Shown here: in pieces, positions 21,987 through 31,700 of the stretch
Position numbering within the stretch: the stretch's first letter is position 1
How the letters are laid out: each line of letters opens with the position of its first letter
IMG/VR virus record: IMGVR_UViG_3300028592_000010
Coordinates: 1-60,936 of that record
From: a virus
Lineage: Duplodnaviria; Caudoviricetes
Strand: one strand, 5' to 3'
DNA: 60,936 nucleotides
Notes under the pieces: model-generated
What the model was told of the DNA's origin: nothing
What the model saw: only the letters and a program-made list of their open reading frames with translations
The model's database searches: none
Program-made: the position numbers and the translations under genes

Positions 21987-22057
21987 TGGACCCGGCGGGA
22001 TTTGAACCCGCATCCTCCGGCCGATCGCCGGTGCTCTACCAGTGAGCTACGTGGCCC
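21987..22057 (-). ncRNA. tRNA-like element with non-canonical 5-nt anticodon loop
   Basis: TAGCTC-ACTGGTA-GAGC D arm, CCGGC-GATCG-GCCGG, GCGGG-TTCAAAT-CCCGC, bulged acceptor stem. Confidence 0.7.
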
Positions 22058-22381
22058 TGGCCGCCCCCGAGGGGGCGGGTGGTGCTACACCTCGTCCAGC
22101 CAGGACCCGGTGGTCTTGCTGTGCTCGGGCACGACGGCCCAGGAGTTGGCGTCCGTGGTCAGTTCGACCTGGTTGCCGCACTTGGTGCAGATGCGGGTGA
22201 GCGTCCGGTTCGGCACGCGCCGGTCGGCGCTGTCGGTGACCTTGACGCGCCGACCGCCCTGCGTGCACCGTCTGGCCGCCATGTACTCGTCCCGCATCCG
22301 CTGGCCATCGGCGACTACGTCCGACCAGTCCAGGTCTCGCATGATGCGCTCCCTTCGTTGGGCCCTCCGGTAGGGCCTCCG

Positions 22382-22449
22382 CGCCGTCCGAGGTGTCGAA
22401 CCCCGGTGCCTGTCTGGTCTGACCATACACGCACGCACCTGCGACAGCA
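22382..22449 (-). ncRNA. tRNA-like element lacking a D arm
   Basis: Acceptor TGCTGTC/GACGGCG, T arm CGGGG-TTCGACA-CCTCG, single long internal hairpin. Confidence 0.45.
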
Positions 22450-22457
22450 ACCCTCAG

Positions 22458-22646
22458 CTACTTCTTGCCACGGCCACCAACGCCGTAGCCCTCGGTGTCA
22501 GGGTCATCGGTGGAGCGACCCTTGCCGCCCCCCGAGGCCGGCGACTTGCCCGTACCCTTGCCCGGCCGACCGCCCGGCGGGATGTCGCGACCCCGCTTGG
22601 AGTCGTCCGTGTTGCCCACGCCGTAGCCTTCGTGTTCCTGAGCCAT
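22458..22646 (-). CDS. Small Gly/Lys-rich peptide with a repeated EGYGVG motif
   Basis: AAGGGG RBS, ATG 22646; EGYGVG and TDD each occur twice. Confidence 0.55.
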   Translation of the reverse strand: MAQEHEGYGVGNTDDSKRGRDIPPGGRPGKGTGKSPASGGGKGRSTDDPDTEGYGVGGRGKK

Positions 22647-22693
22647 CCGTTGGCCCCTTTCTTCCGTGCTGGGCCAGGCGGCGCCTGGCCTCG

Positions 22694-22739
22694 TCCCCAC
22701 CTCGGGGCTCGAACCCGAAGCGCTCCACCAGCGGTGGGG
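22694..22739 (-). ncRNA. Mini tRNA-like element (acceptor + T arm, no anticodon arm)
   Basis: CCCCACC/GGTGGGG stem, GCT-GGTGG-AGC hairpin, TCGGG-TTCGAGC-CCCGA. Confidence 0.55.
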
Positions 22740-22780
22740 TAGAACCAGGGGCCCGCTGAGCGCGGGCCCCTGGGTTTCGC

Positions 22781-23557
22781 TCACTCCGCCAGTTCCTCTT
22801 CCATCTCGGCGATGGTCGTGGAGGCGTACGTGTCGATGATCCGCTTGGCCGCGTTGCGACCAATACCGCCTGCCGCTGCCAACTGGGCGACGGTAAGACC
22901 CGGGTTCGCCGCGTAGAGGCGGCGCGCGTTCGCTGCGTTGATCCGAGCCTGCTTGGCGCGAGTCCGCTGGGCGGCCTCGCTACTGGCGCTGCTCTCGGTC
23001 GGGGTGGACACCTGCTGAGTGATGCTCAACTCCAGGGCCTCGATCTTGGCGAAATCGGGGTTCTGGGACGCGACCCGCACCGCCTGGCTCATCGGGATCA
23101 GTACGACAGCGACGCCGAACAGAACTCGAATCAGAACAGGCGCGGGAGCCAGGACGTTGACCGCCCCGCTCACGCCAACCGGGAAGAGCATCACGCTGAA
23201 CGCGGTGCGCTTCGCGGTCCTGGACGCGGCCACAGCGGCCATCGTCCGGATGCAAATCAAGATCAGGTAGTCCACTGCGACCGGGATGCCGAAGGCACCA
23301 GCGATCAGAGTGAGCGACTCCAGCCAACCGATCATTACGGCAGCAGCGCCGCCGGTGGTCGGGAAGTGGAGGGGAACCAGACCGAGGATGAACGCGATCT
23401 GGTGAGGCATGCTTACCCCGAGGGCGATCTTGGTGACCGTCTCGGCGTTCCGCGCGTTGCGTCGGATGTTGCTAAGCGACTCTTCGGCGGCCGTCTTCGC
23501 GTGCTCAGCGGCGAAGATCGAAGCCTGCGTGACGTGCTGGCTCATGACGACTCCCAT
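22781..23557 (-). CDS. Membrane protein with C-terminal HTH (DUF2637/Spd-like)
   Basis: About four hydrophobic segments followed by NPGLTVAQLAAAGGIGRNAAKR; more A/T-ending codons than its neighbours. Confidence 0.55.
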   Translation of the reverse strand: MGVVMSQHVTQASIFAAEHAKTAAEESLSNIRRNARNAETVTKIALGVSMPHQIAFILGLVPLHFPTTGGAAAVMIGWLESLTLIAGAFGIPVAVDYLILICIRTMAAVAASRTAKRTAFSVMLFPVGVSGAVNVLAPAPVLIRVLFGVAVVLIPMSQAVRVASQNPDFAKIEALELSITQQVSTPTESSASSEAAQRTRAKQARINAANARRLYAANPGLTVAQLAAAGGIGRNAAKRIIDTYASTTIAEMEEELAE

Positions 23558-23596
23558 TCGTCTTGAGTGCCGATCACCCCGGTAGGTGATCGATCG

Positions 23597-23717
23597 TGAC
23601 CTCGGCGGGACTCGAACCCGCTCCGCTGTCTCGCCCGCCCCGCCGGTACGGGGGGCTTGATTACGGGCCTGGCGCCCGACTGACGTATCTGTGCGGCTGC
23701 AACCTGCTGCCGAAGCC
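23597..23717 (-). ncRNA. Enlarged tRNA-like element
   Basis: Acceptor GGCTTCG/CGAGGTC, T arm GCGGG-TTCGAGT-CCCGC, expanded central domain. Confidence 0.45.
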
Positions 23718-23867
23718 TCGGGCCCGGGGGGAGTTTCCCGGGCAGACCGCGTTCTCTCAGTGGCGCCTGGTGGCTGCTCTCGTGAGGTGGGTGCGGTGAC
23801 CCCTGCGACTGTGAGCGTCGGATCCAGTTGTCAAGATTCAAGTTCCCCCGTTTTGCTGTATACCCTA

Positions 23868-23896
23868 AGTATACAGCCTCCCCATACGCCTGTCAA
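23868..23896 (-). promoter_or_regulatory. Sigma70-type promoter for the leftward unit
   Basis: TTGACA-N17-TATACT on the - strand. Confidence 0.85.
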
Positions 23897-23996
23897 CCCA
23901 GACCAGACAAGGAAGTGTCCAGTTCTGGACAGAACGGTTGCGGCGACCTTGGGGGTTACGCTGCTGGTCAGCACTTAGAACCGAGGGGGCCGCCCG

Positions 23997-25427
23997 GTGA
24001 GTCTGTCTGCCAAGATGCGCCTGGCCCTGCTGCCCCCGGCGCTGCGCCGCGCCTGGCTGTTGGACCAGGAGGAGTGGGTCTTCCTGGACGTGGAGGCTGA
24101 CGCCTGGTGGTGGACGGCCCGGCCCGAGCAGATGGCCCCCGAGGGTGACTGGTTCATCTGGCTGCTACTCACCGGCCGAGGGTTCGGGAAGACCCGCTCG
24201 GGCGCCGAGTGGCTGGTGGAGCAGTTGCTGCGCTATCCCCGCGACCGCCACGGCAACCCGACCGAGTGGGTGGTCATCGGCCACACCCTGACCGACGTGC
24301 GGGCGTTCTGCATCGAGGGCCCCTCGGGGATCCGGGCCTGCCTCAACCGGCGCAAGATCGTGCACCACTACCAGAAGGCGCCCAAGCCGGTCATCCGCAT
24401 CGGCGGTGGGGAACAGGTCATCTGGTTCGAGGGCGCGGACAACGAGGACACGGGCCGTGGCTACACGGCGGCGGGCGCGTGGCTGGACGAGTTGGGGAAG
24501 TGGCGCTACACCGAGGCCGTGTGGCGCGGCGGCATCATGCCCTCACTGCGCGCCGACCTCCCCGGCGGCGGGCGGCCCCGAGCGGTCGTCACCACCACCC
24601 CCAAGTCGATCAAGCTGCTCAAGACGTGGGTGAAGCGCGCACGCGAGGGCGACACCACCATCCGGCTCACCACCGGCTCCACGTTCGAGAACTTCGCCAA
24701 CCTCTCGCCCAGCCAGTTGGCCGAGTTCCGCAAGGAGTACGAGGGCACGACCCTGGGCCGGCAGGAGTTGCACGGTGAACTGCTGGACGAGGTCGAGGGC
24801 GCGCTGTGGTCGCACGCCATCATCGAGAAGTACCGCGTCAAGCGCGACGAGGTGCCCGGGCTGCACAACATCGTGGTGGGCGTAGACCCGGCCGGCACCG
24901 GCACCGGCGACGAGATGGGCCTGGTGGCGGTCGGGCGGGCCGAGAACGACGAGGACTACGTGCTGGCCGACTGGTCGATCCGCATGGCGGGCCGACCGGC
25001 GGCGCGGCGCGCGTGGCGCCTGTTCCGGGCCGTGGACGCCGACCTGCTGGTCTACGAGGACAACCTCGGCAAGGAGTGGCTGACCCAGGTGCTCAGCGAC
25101 GCCTACAAGGAGATGCAGCACGACGGGGAGTTCCCGCCCGGCGGCGCCCCGCCGATGAAGGCGGTTGTGGCCATGAAGGGCAAGCGGCTGCGGGCCCAGC
25201 CAACCGCCATGCGCTACGAGCAGGGCCGCGTGCACCACGTCGGGACGTTCGCCGAACTGGAGGACCAGCAGGCCACCTGGGTGCCCGACGACGACCCCGA
25301 CAGCCCGGACCGGGTGGACGCCCTGGTCCACGCCCAGGCGTACCTGCGCTCCCGGGAGCGCTTCGCCTCGGAGATCCACGAGCCCGAGGGAACGCTGGAG
25401 CGCGCGGGCGCCTACATCGGCGGCTGA
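23997..25427 (+). CDS. terL: Terminase large subunit
   Basis: GRGFGKT Walker A, WLDE Walker B, VTTTP, VGVDPA nuclease motif, SPDRVDA. Confidence 0.95.
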   Translation: MSLSAKMRLALLPPALRRAWLLDQEEWVFLDVEADAWWWTARPEQMAPEGDWFIWLLLTGRGFGKTRSGAEWLVEQLLRYPRDRHGNPTEWVVIGHTLTDVRAFCIEGPSGIRACLNRRKIVHHYQKAPKPVIRIGGGEQVIWFEGADNEDTGRGYTAAGAWLDELGKWRYTEAVWRGGIMPSLRADLPGGGRPRAVVTTTPKSIKLLKTWVKRAREGDTTIRLTTGSTFENFANLSPSQLAEFRKEYEGTTLGRQELHGELLDEVEGALWSHAIIEKYRVKRDEVPGLHNIVVGVDPAGTGTGDEMGLVAVGRAENDEDYVLADWSIRMAGRPAARRAWRLFRAVDADLLVYEDNLGKEWLTQVLSDAYKEMQHDGEFPPGGAPPMKAVVAMKGKRLRAQPTAMRYEQGRVHHVGTFAELEDQQATWVPDDDPDSPDRVDALVHAQAYLRSRERFASEIHEPEGTLERAGAYIGG

Positions 25428-25462
25428 TACCGCCGGCCCCGCTTGATCGCTACCCTGGGCCC

Positions 25463-25783
25463 ATGCCGCTGTGGGTTTCGCTCGTCGTCTACGCACTAGC
25501 GGTGGCCCGCGTGACCGGGCTGATCACCGCCGACCAGGTCACCGCCGATGTACGCGCCTGGGCCGTGAAGCGCCTGATGCCCGAAGCGCAGGCACTTGAG
25601 GTGGGCTGGCGGCGCGAGGTGGTTTACCTGCTCACCTGTGCCTGGTGTGTCTCGATCTACGTGGGTGCAGCCGCCGCGCTGGTGTGGTACACAGTCGGCA
25701 ACCAGCCGGTCCTGATCGTGTGCGCCGTGGCACTGGCCTTCAGCCAGGTTGCCGGGATGCTGTCTGGGGTGGGGAGGGACTGA
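25463..25783 (+). CDS. DUF1360-like membrane protein
   Basis: LAVARVTGLITAD...YLLTCAWCVSIYV; lies between terL and the portal gene. Confidence 0.65.
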   Translation: MPLWVSLVVYALAVARVTGLITADQVTADVRAWAVKRLMPEAQALEVGWRREVVYLLTCAWCVSIYVGAAAALVWYTVGNQPVLIVCAVALAFSQVAGMLSGVGRD

Positions 25784-28759
25784 GTGGCCCGTGCTCGCAC
25801 CAGCGCCATCGCCGTAACGGAGGACCCGGCCCTCACCGCCGCCGCCACCCCGATCGCCCTCGACGGGACCTCGTGGCGCGCGTTCAAGCTCGGCGACCAG
25901 CGCTGGCAGGAGGAGGCCTGGCGCCACTACGACATCTGCGGCGAGTTGCGTTACGCCTCCAACTGGCTCGCGAACGCGGTGAGCCGGTGCCGCCTGTACG
26001 TGGCCGAGGTCGACAAGCGGGGGCGCCCCGGCGAGGAGACCAAGGACGCCGAGGTCCAGATGCTCGCCGAGTCGATGTTCGGCGGACCGGCCATGAAGGC
26101 CGAGGCGCAGCGCCTGCTCGGCATCGGCCTGTACGTGCCCGGTGAGAGCTACATCGTGGCCGAGGACGTTGCCAGCGCCAGCAAGGACATCTGGTACGTG
26201 TGCTCCACGTCCGAGGTGCACCGCGACGGCACCGAGGGGATCTCGGTGGACCGGTCCAACCTGTACGGCGGCGGACGGGTCAAGCTCCGCAAGGGCAAGG
26301 ATCTGCTCATCCGGTGCTGGACCCCGCACCCGCGTCGCTACGACGCGGCCGACTCGTCGGTGCGCGCGGTGCTCCCGGTGTTGCGCGAGATCGAGCAGTT
26401 GACGAAGAAGGTCTTCGCCGAGATCGACTCCCGGCTGGCCGGGGCCGGCATGGTGTTCGTGCCCGAGGAGATGAGCTTCCCGGCCGGCCCGAAGGATCCC
26501 CCGGGCGTGGGCGGGCTGGCCGCCAAGATGATCCGCGCGGCCCAGCAGTCACTCCAGGACCAGTCGTCCGCCTCGGCGCTGGTGCCCCTGTTCGTCACCG
26601 CCCCGGGCGAGTTGCTGGACAAGGTCAAGCACATCACCTTCGCCACGCCCATGCAGGCCGAGACGCTGACCAAGCTGGACAACGCTATCCGCCGCCTGGG
26701 CCTCGGCCTGGACATTCCGCCCGAGGTGCTGCTCGGCCAGGGCGACACCAACCACTGGTCGGCGTGGCAGATCGAAGAGTCGACCATCAAGATCCAGGTC
26801 GAGCCGATCCTGGTGCGCATCTGCCAGGCGCTGACCGAGGGTTACCTCCAGGCCGCCCTGAAGATCGCCGGCAAGGACCCAGAGAAGTACGTCGTCTGGT
26901 ACGACGCGGCGGCCCTGGCCGTGCGGCCCAACCGCGAGGCCGACGCGCGCGAGTTGAACGCCATGGGCGTCGTCTCGGATGAGACCGTGCGCACCGAGGG
27001 CAACTGGGGCGACGAAGCGGCCCCGGACGACGAGGAACGGGCCCGCAAGCTCGCCGAGAAGCTGGTGCTGGCCCAGCCGGCCCTCATCTCCAACAAGGAC
27101 ATCCAGAAGGCTCTCGGGGTGGACTGGGAGATCCAGGACCCCAACGCGGCTCCGGACCAGGGCCTCGGGCCGGACGAGTTCGGGCCCCCCGGGGAGGACA
27201 ACGGCCGGGCACTGCCGCAGTTCCCGGCCGACGAGACCCCCGCCCAGGAGGCGGCGCTGCTCATCGGGGCCGACTTCATCGTGCGTCGCGCGCTGGAGCG
27301 CGCGGGCGCGCGCCTGCTCACGCGCGCGCGCAAGGCTTCCGGTCAGTTCACCTCCACCCCGGCCCTGGAGGTCCACCTCCAGGTGGCCATCCCGGCCGAG
27401 GAGGCGCCCCGCCTGCTGGACGGTGCGTTCGTCTCGGTGCCGGACCTGGCTGGCCGGGTCGGCATGGAGGCGCCCGTCCTGGAGGACATGCTCACCGTCT
27501 ACACGACCGCCCTCCTGGTGCGCAACCAGCCCCACGACTACGAGGGGTTCTGTACCTACGTGGACCAGGCGCTGGAGTTGATCGGCCACCAGCGGTGCGG
27601 CCAGTTCTGTCGCAACCCACTTCACCCCGGACCTTGCAAGGGGTGGCGGCATCAGATGGACGTGGCCCCGGCCGACCGCCGGGACCACACCCCCGACCGC
27701 ACTCGCCAGCGCGACCGCAACCGGGCCATCCGCGAGCAGCGGCGTTCCCAGCGTCAGCAGACCACTACCTCGCCACCCGCCAAGAAGGCTCCGGCCAAGC
27801 GTGCGAGTGAGTCGGCCCGTCACGCCCTGCCCTCCGGGGAGCGGGGTAACGACGGCTTCGAGCCGGCCACCGAGGGCCGCAACCTTGGTGAGCCCGACCG
27901 ACTGGAGCAGGTCTCCCGCTCGATGCAGTCGCTGATGCAGGACTGGTCGCGGGCGGAGCGCGAGCGCATTGATGCGCTGAGCCAGAACATGAACGAAGGC
28001 TGGCCGCGCACCGACGCTGAGCTACCGCCCGGGCCACCCAACAACGGCTACCAGGGCAACGCGGCGATGGCCGCCCAGCAGGGGTTCGACGGACTGCCCC
28101 TGGTGGCTACCGAAGGAGACCTGGACCGGGCGGTGCAGGCCGGTGGCGTCGAGTTCTGGCGTGGCGTGGGCGACGGCTGGGGGGGCTTCGACCAGCGCTT
28201 CTCCCAGCAGGGCCAGTCCACCACCGGCGAACAGATGATCGAGCAGTTGCGCACCGGCACCGCCTACTGGGGCTACGGCGTGTACGGCAACGGCATCTAC
28301 GGCGGAGACGACCAGATCGTGTCCCGGGAGTATGCGGCCGGCACCCGGTTCGGCTACCCCACCGGCGGCCCGGCGACGCGCAACGGGGCCGTGGTGCGGA
28401 TGGTGCTGCGGCCGGGCGCGCGCGTCATCGAGTACGACGACGCCAAGACGGCCCGCCAGGAGTGGATTCGGCGCATGCGCGACGTTCCGGCCCAGCGGCG
28501 CATGACCCCGTCCGAGCGAAGCGACTGGGACACTCACATCCAGCGCACCTCCACCGACCTGGGCGTGTGGGCGGCCATGATGGGCTACGACGCCATCTAT
28601 GCCGATGAGGCCCAGTACGTCCGTTCCGAGGGCGACAACTCACGGCATTGGAACATCCTGAACCGTACGGCGGTCCTGGTGTCCGAACACACCGAAGTGG
28701 TGGAGCGCGGCGTGACCCGCACCCCTGAGGGCGCTAGCCAGCGACGGAGAAGGTACTGA
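25784..28759 (+). CDS. Portal protein with C-terminal extension (Cys/His tag + ART-like domain)
   Basis: WQEEAWRHYD..GELRYA, DSRLAGAG, IRRLGLGLDIPPEVLLG..NHWSAWQI actinophage portal motifs, then about 390 extra aa. Confidence 0.85.
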   Translation: MARARTSAIAVTEDPALTAAATPIALDGTSWRAFKLGDQRWQEEAWRHYDICGELRYASNWLANAVSRCRLYVAEVDKRGRPGEETKDAEVQMLAESMFGGPAMKAEAQRLLGIGLYVPGESYIVAEDVASASKDIWYVCSTSEVHRDGTEGISVDRSNLYGGGRVKLRKGKDLLIRCWTPHPRRYDAADSSVRAVLPVLREIEQLTKKVFAEIDSRLAGAGMVFVPEEMSFPAGPKDPPGVGGLAAKMIRAAQQSLQDQSSASALVPLFVTAPGELLDKVKHITFATPMQAETLTKLDNAIRRLGLGLDIPPEVLLGQGDTNHWSAWQIEESTIKIQVEPILVRICQALTEGYLQAALKIAGKDPEKYVVWYDAAALAVRPNREADARELNAMGVVSDETVRTEGNWGDEAAPDDEERARKLAEKLVLAQPALISNKDIQKALGVDWEIQDPNAAPDQGLGPDEFGPPGEDNGRALPQFPADETPAQEAALLIGADFIVRRALERAGARLLTRARKASGQFTSTPALEVHLQVAIPAEEAPRLLDGAFVSVPDLAGRVGMEAPVLEDMLTVYTTALLVRNQPHDYEGFCTYVDQALELIGHQRCGQFCRNPLHPGPCKGWRHQMDVAPADRRDHTPDRTRQRDRNRAIREQRRSQRQQTTTSPPAKKAPAKRASESARHALPSGERGNDGFEPATEGRNLGEPDRLEQVSRSMQSLMQDWSRAERERIDALSQNMNEGWPRTDAELPPGPPNNGYQGNAAMAAQQGFDGLPLVATEGDLDRAVQAGGVEFWRGVGDGWGGFDQRFSQQGQSTTGEQMIEQLRTGTAYWGYGVYGNGIYGGDDQIVSREYAAGTRFGYPTGGPATRNGAVVRMVLRPGARVIEYDDAKTARQEWIRRMRDVPAQRRMTPSERSDWDTHIQRTSTDLGVWAAMMGYDAIYADEAQYVRSEGDNSRHWNILNRTAVLVSEHTEVVERGVTRTPEGASQRRRRY

Positions 28760-31700
28760 TGGACGTTGCACTGTCGCGCCGGCTGGCGCGAGCCCTCCAG
28801 CACGAGGCCGATATCGAGGAACAGGACTCGGTGGTCGAGGAGGCCCAGCTTGTCGACACCTGGGAGCAGTTGCCCCAGGACATCCGCGAACTGATCGAGG
28901 ACCTGGAGGACCGCCCCTACCGGGAGGGCGTGCCCTACGCCTGGCTGGGCGACCCGCGCGAGACCGAGAAGGCCTGGGCGCTGGAGGCCCAGTCGCACAA
29001 CCGAAGCATGACCGCCTCGGCGGGTGACTACCACGAAGAGTTCTGCCGCAACCCCTTGCACCCGGGCCCGTGCAAGGGGTGGAGGCAGGCGCTGCCCGAG
29101 GGCGACTCCCGGCGGCGGCCCCGCAAGGACGTGGCCCCGGCCGAGTCGTCTCGTCGTCGCAAGCGTGAGGTCACCCAGCGCCTGGACACCAAGGCCGTGG
29201 AGGACGAACTGCGGCGCATCCAGGACACCGCGCCACCGAGCGTGCTCCCACCCGATGCCGCCCAGGCCGCCTATGCCGACCTCCAGGCCGCCGCCGGGGG
29301 CGACACTGGCGCCCAGGAACGCATCACCGCCCTGGCCCGGACCACCTATGAGTACCAGGACGATGGGGTGGACGGGCTCCAGGCAATCGTGCGCAGTGTC
29401 GTGCCGAGCAGGGGGACCTCCAATCGCGGCGCCGGCATGACGGTCAGCGTGGAGATCCTGGACCGGCAGGGCCGCCACGTCGGGATGGCCACCCGTTCCT
29501 GGCGCGTGCCGCCCGGCTCGGACAAGGTGCAGGTACGCCACTCGTCCTTCAGCCTCAACGACAACGTGCAAGGCGGCGGGTTCTCCCGCCGCTACAACGC
29601 TCGGGCCTACCAGGCCTACCGCGAGATGGGCGTGGGCCGAGTCGGCCTCACCGCCGACGATACGGTGGGCGGCGCGGCCTGGGCGCTGGAGGGCTACGAC
29701 TGGACCGACCAGGCCGACCTGGAGGCCGTCGCCAACCGCTGGCGGCGCGTGCACGGTCGGCTCCAGCCGGGGCCGATCCGTGACCAGATCAACGAGTTGC
29801 TGCTGCGCACCCGCCGGGAGGACTGGGATGCGGGCCGGCACCCTTCGCCGTATGAGTTCGCCATGATCGGCTCCGAGTTCACGACCCAGCGGCCCATCCG
29901 GGGCACCAACCGCACCTACACCTCGTGGATCGGCAAGGAGGTCATGGCCCAGACCGAGTGGGAGGGCGCCCTCGGCATCACCGAGCCCAACCGGCCCGAG
30001 GCGAACCCACCGGGGCGCACCGCCGCCGCCGAACCCGACATGGCCGGCTGGGACGAGCGCACCGAGTTCCTGCAAGCGGTCAACGAGTTGGCCCTGGCCT
30101 ACGCCAACACCGTGGCCGAGGACGTTGCCGCCGAGGACCTGTATGACCCACCGGGCGACTACCCAGAGCACCACCACCTGTTCGCCGCCGACGAGGAGAC
30201 CTCGGACGTTTACACCGACCTCGCCGATGACCTGATGTCCGAGTGGGGCCGTGACCAGCCGGACACCGAAGAGGACGACCCGGATGCCCTGGTGGCGCAC
30301 GCGGGCTGCGCCGAGTTCTGTCGCGCGCCCTTGCATCCTGGCCCGTGCCGGGGCTGGCGCTCCCGGCTGCGGCAGAAGAACCCCGAACGGGCCCGCAAGC
30401 TCGACGAGCGCGACCGGGCCCGGCGGGAAGGCCGCACCCCCGCCAAGAAGGCACCCGCCAAGAAGGCCGCCCCGGCGGCACCGACTGAGACTCCCCAGCA
30501 GCGCCAGGCGCGGCTGGACCAGGAGCAGTTGGAGACCGCGCGCCTGGGCGCCGAGGCCCAACGGCAGCGCGAACTCCTGCGTACGCGACCCATGGAGCGG
30601 GTGAGCCCGGAGGGTTACAGCACGGCGCGCTTCCAGGACGACCTCTATGTGGCAGCGCGCGCCCAGAACCCCCGAGGCCTCACCCAAGAGGAACGCACCC
30701 GAGCGGCCGAGGCGAACCAGCGCCTGACCGCCTGGGCGCGAGCCGTCTGGCAGCACGATGACCCACAGAGCGGCCTGCGGGCCGAGGTCCAGTACGTCAC
30801 CGCAAGTGCGCCCTACGGCCAGCCGGACCGGCCGAACATGCAGATCAACCTTGTCATCCGCGATGCTCGTGGCCGACAGGTGGGCACCTCTACGCGCCAG
30901 GTCGGCGTCGGCGTGCTGGCCAGCGGTGGGCGGGACACCTTGCAGGCCTATCACGCCTTCTTGCGGCTCGACCCAAGTGTCCAGGGCGGCGGCTTCGCTG
31001 ACCGTTACAACGCGCGCGCCTACCAGGCGTACGCCGAGATGGGCGTCACCCGCGTCGGTGTCCACGCGGACATCGACGTGGGCGGTTACACCTGGGCGAC
31101 GCAGGGGTTCGACTTCGAGACCAGACGCGACTTGGATGGGTTCGTCAGCCGAGCCACCTCGGTACTGCGTTACGGCAACCCGGACCCGGCGACACGGGCC
31201 GAGGCCCAGCGGCTGATTGACCGTTCGACCGAGGCGCACTGGCGGGCTGGCACTCACCCGACTCCGTACGAGTTCGCCATGTTGGGGCGGGAGCAGGTCA
31301 GCCTGCGCCAGGCTGGGCGGAACCCGGACGGAACGGTGCGGCACATCGTGACGTGGCCCGGCAAGGACATGCTGCTCGGCTCGTCCTGGCACGGGGTTCG
31401 GCCGATCACCTTGCCGGTGCGCCGTGGCGGCCCGTCGCCGTTCACGCGCGCAGGTCGGCCCCGTAAGGCCGCCAAGAAGGCTGTGACGGCGGCGGCGGAG
31501 GCACCCATGGTGGAGGAGTTCCCAGAGGACCCGAGCGGACCGGGCTGGGACGACCGGGCTGGGTTCCTGGACGCGGTGGGCGAGTGGGCCTCGGCGTGGG
31601 CCAACACGGTCGGCGACACCGTGCCGGTACACCAGGAGGACGCGCACCCGAATCGGGACGGGGAGACCGACTACTACGCCAACCAGCACCTCATCTCGGC

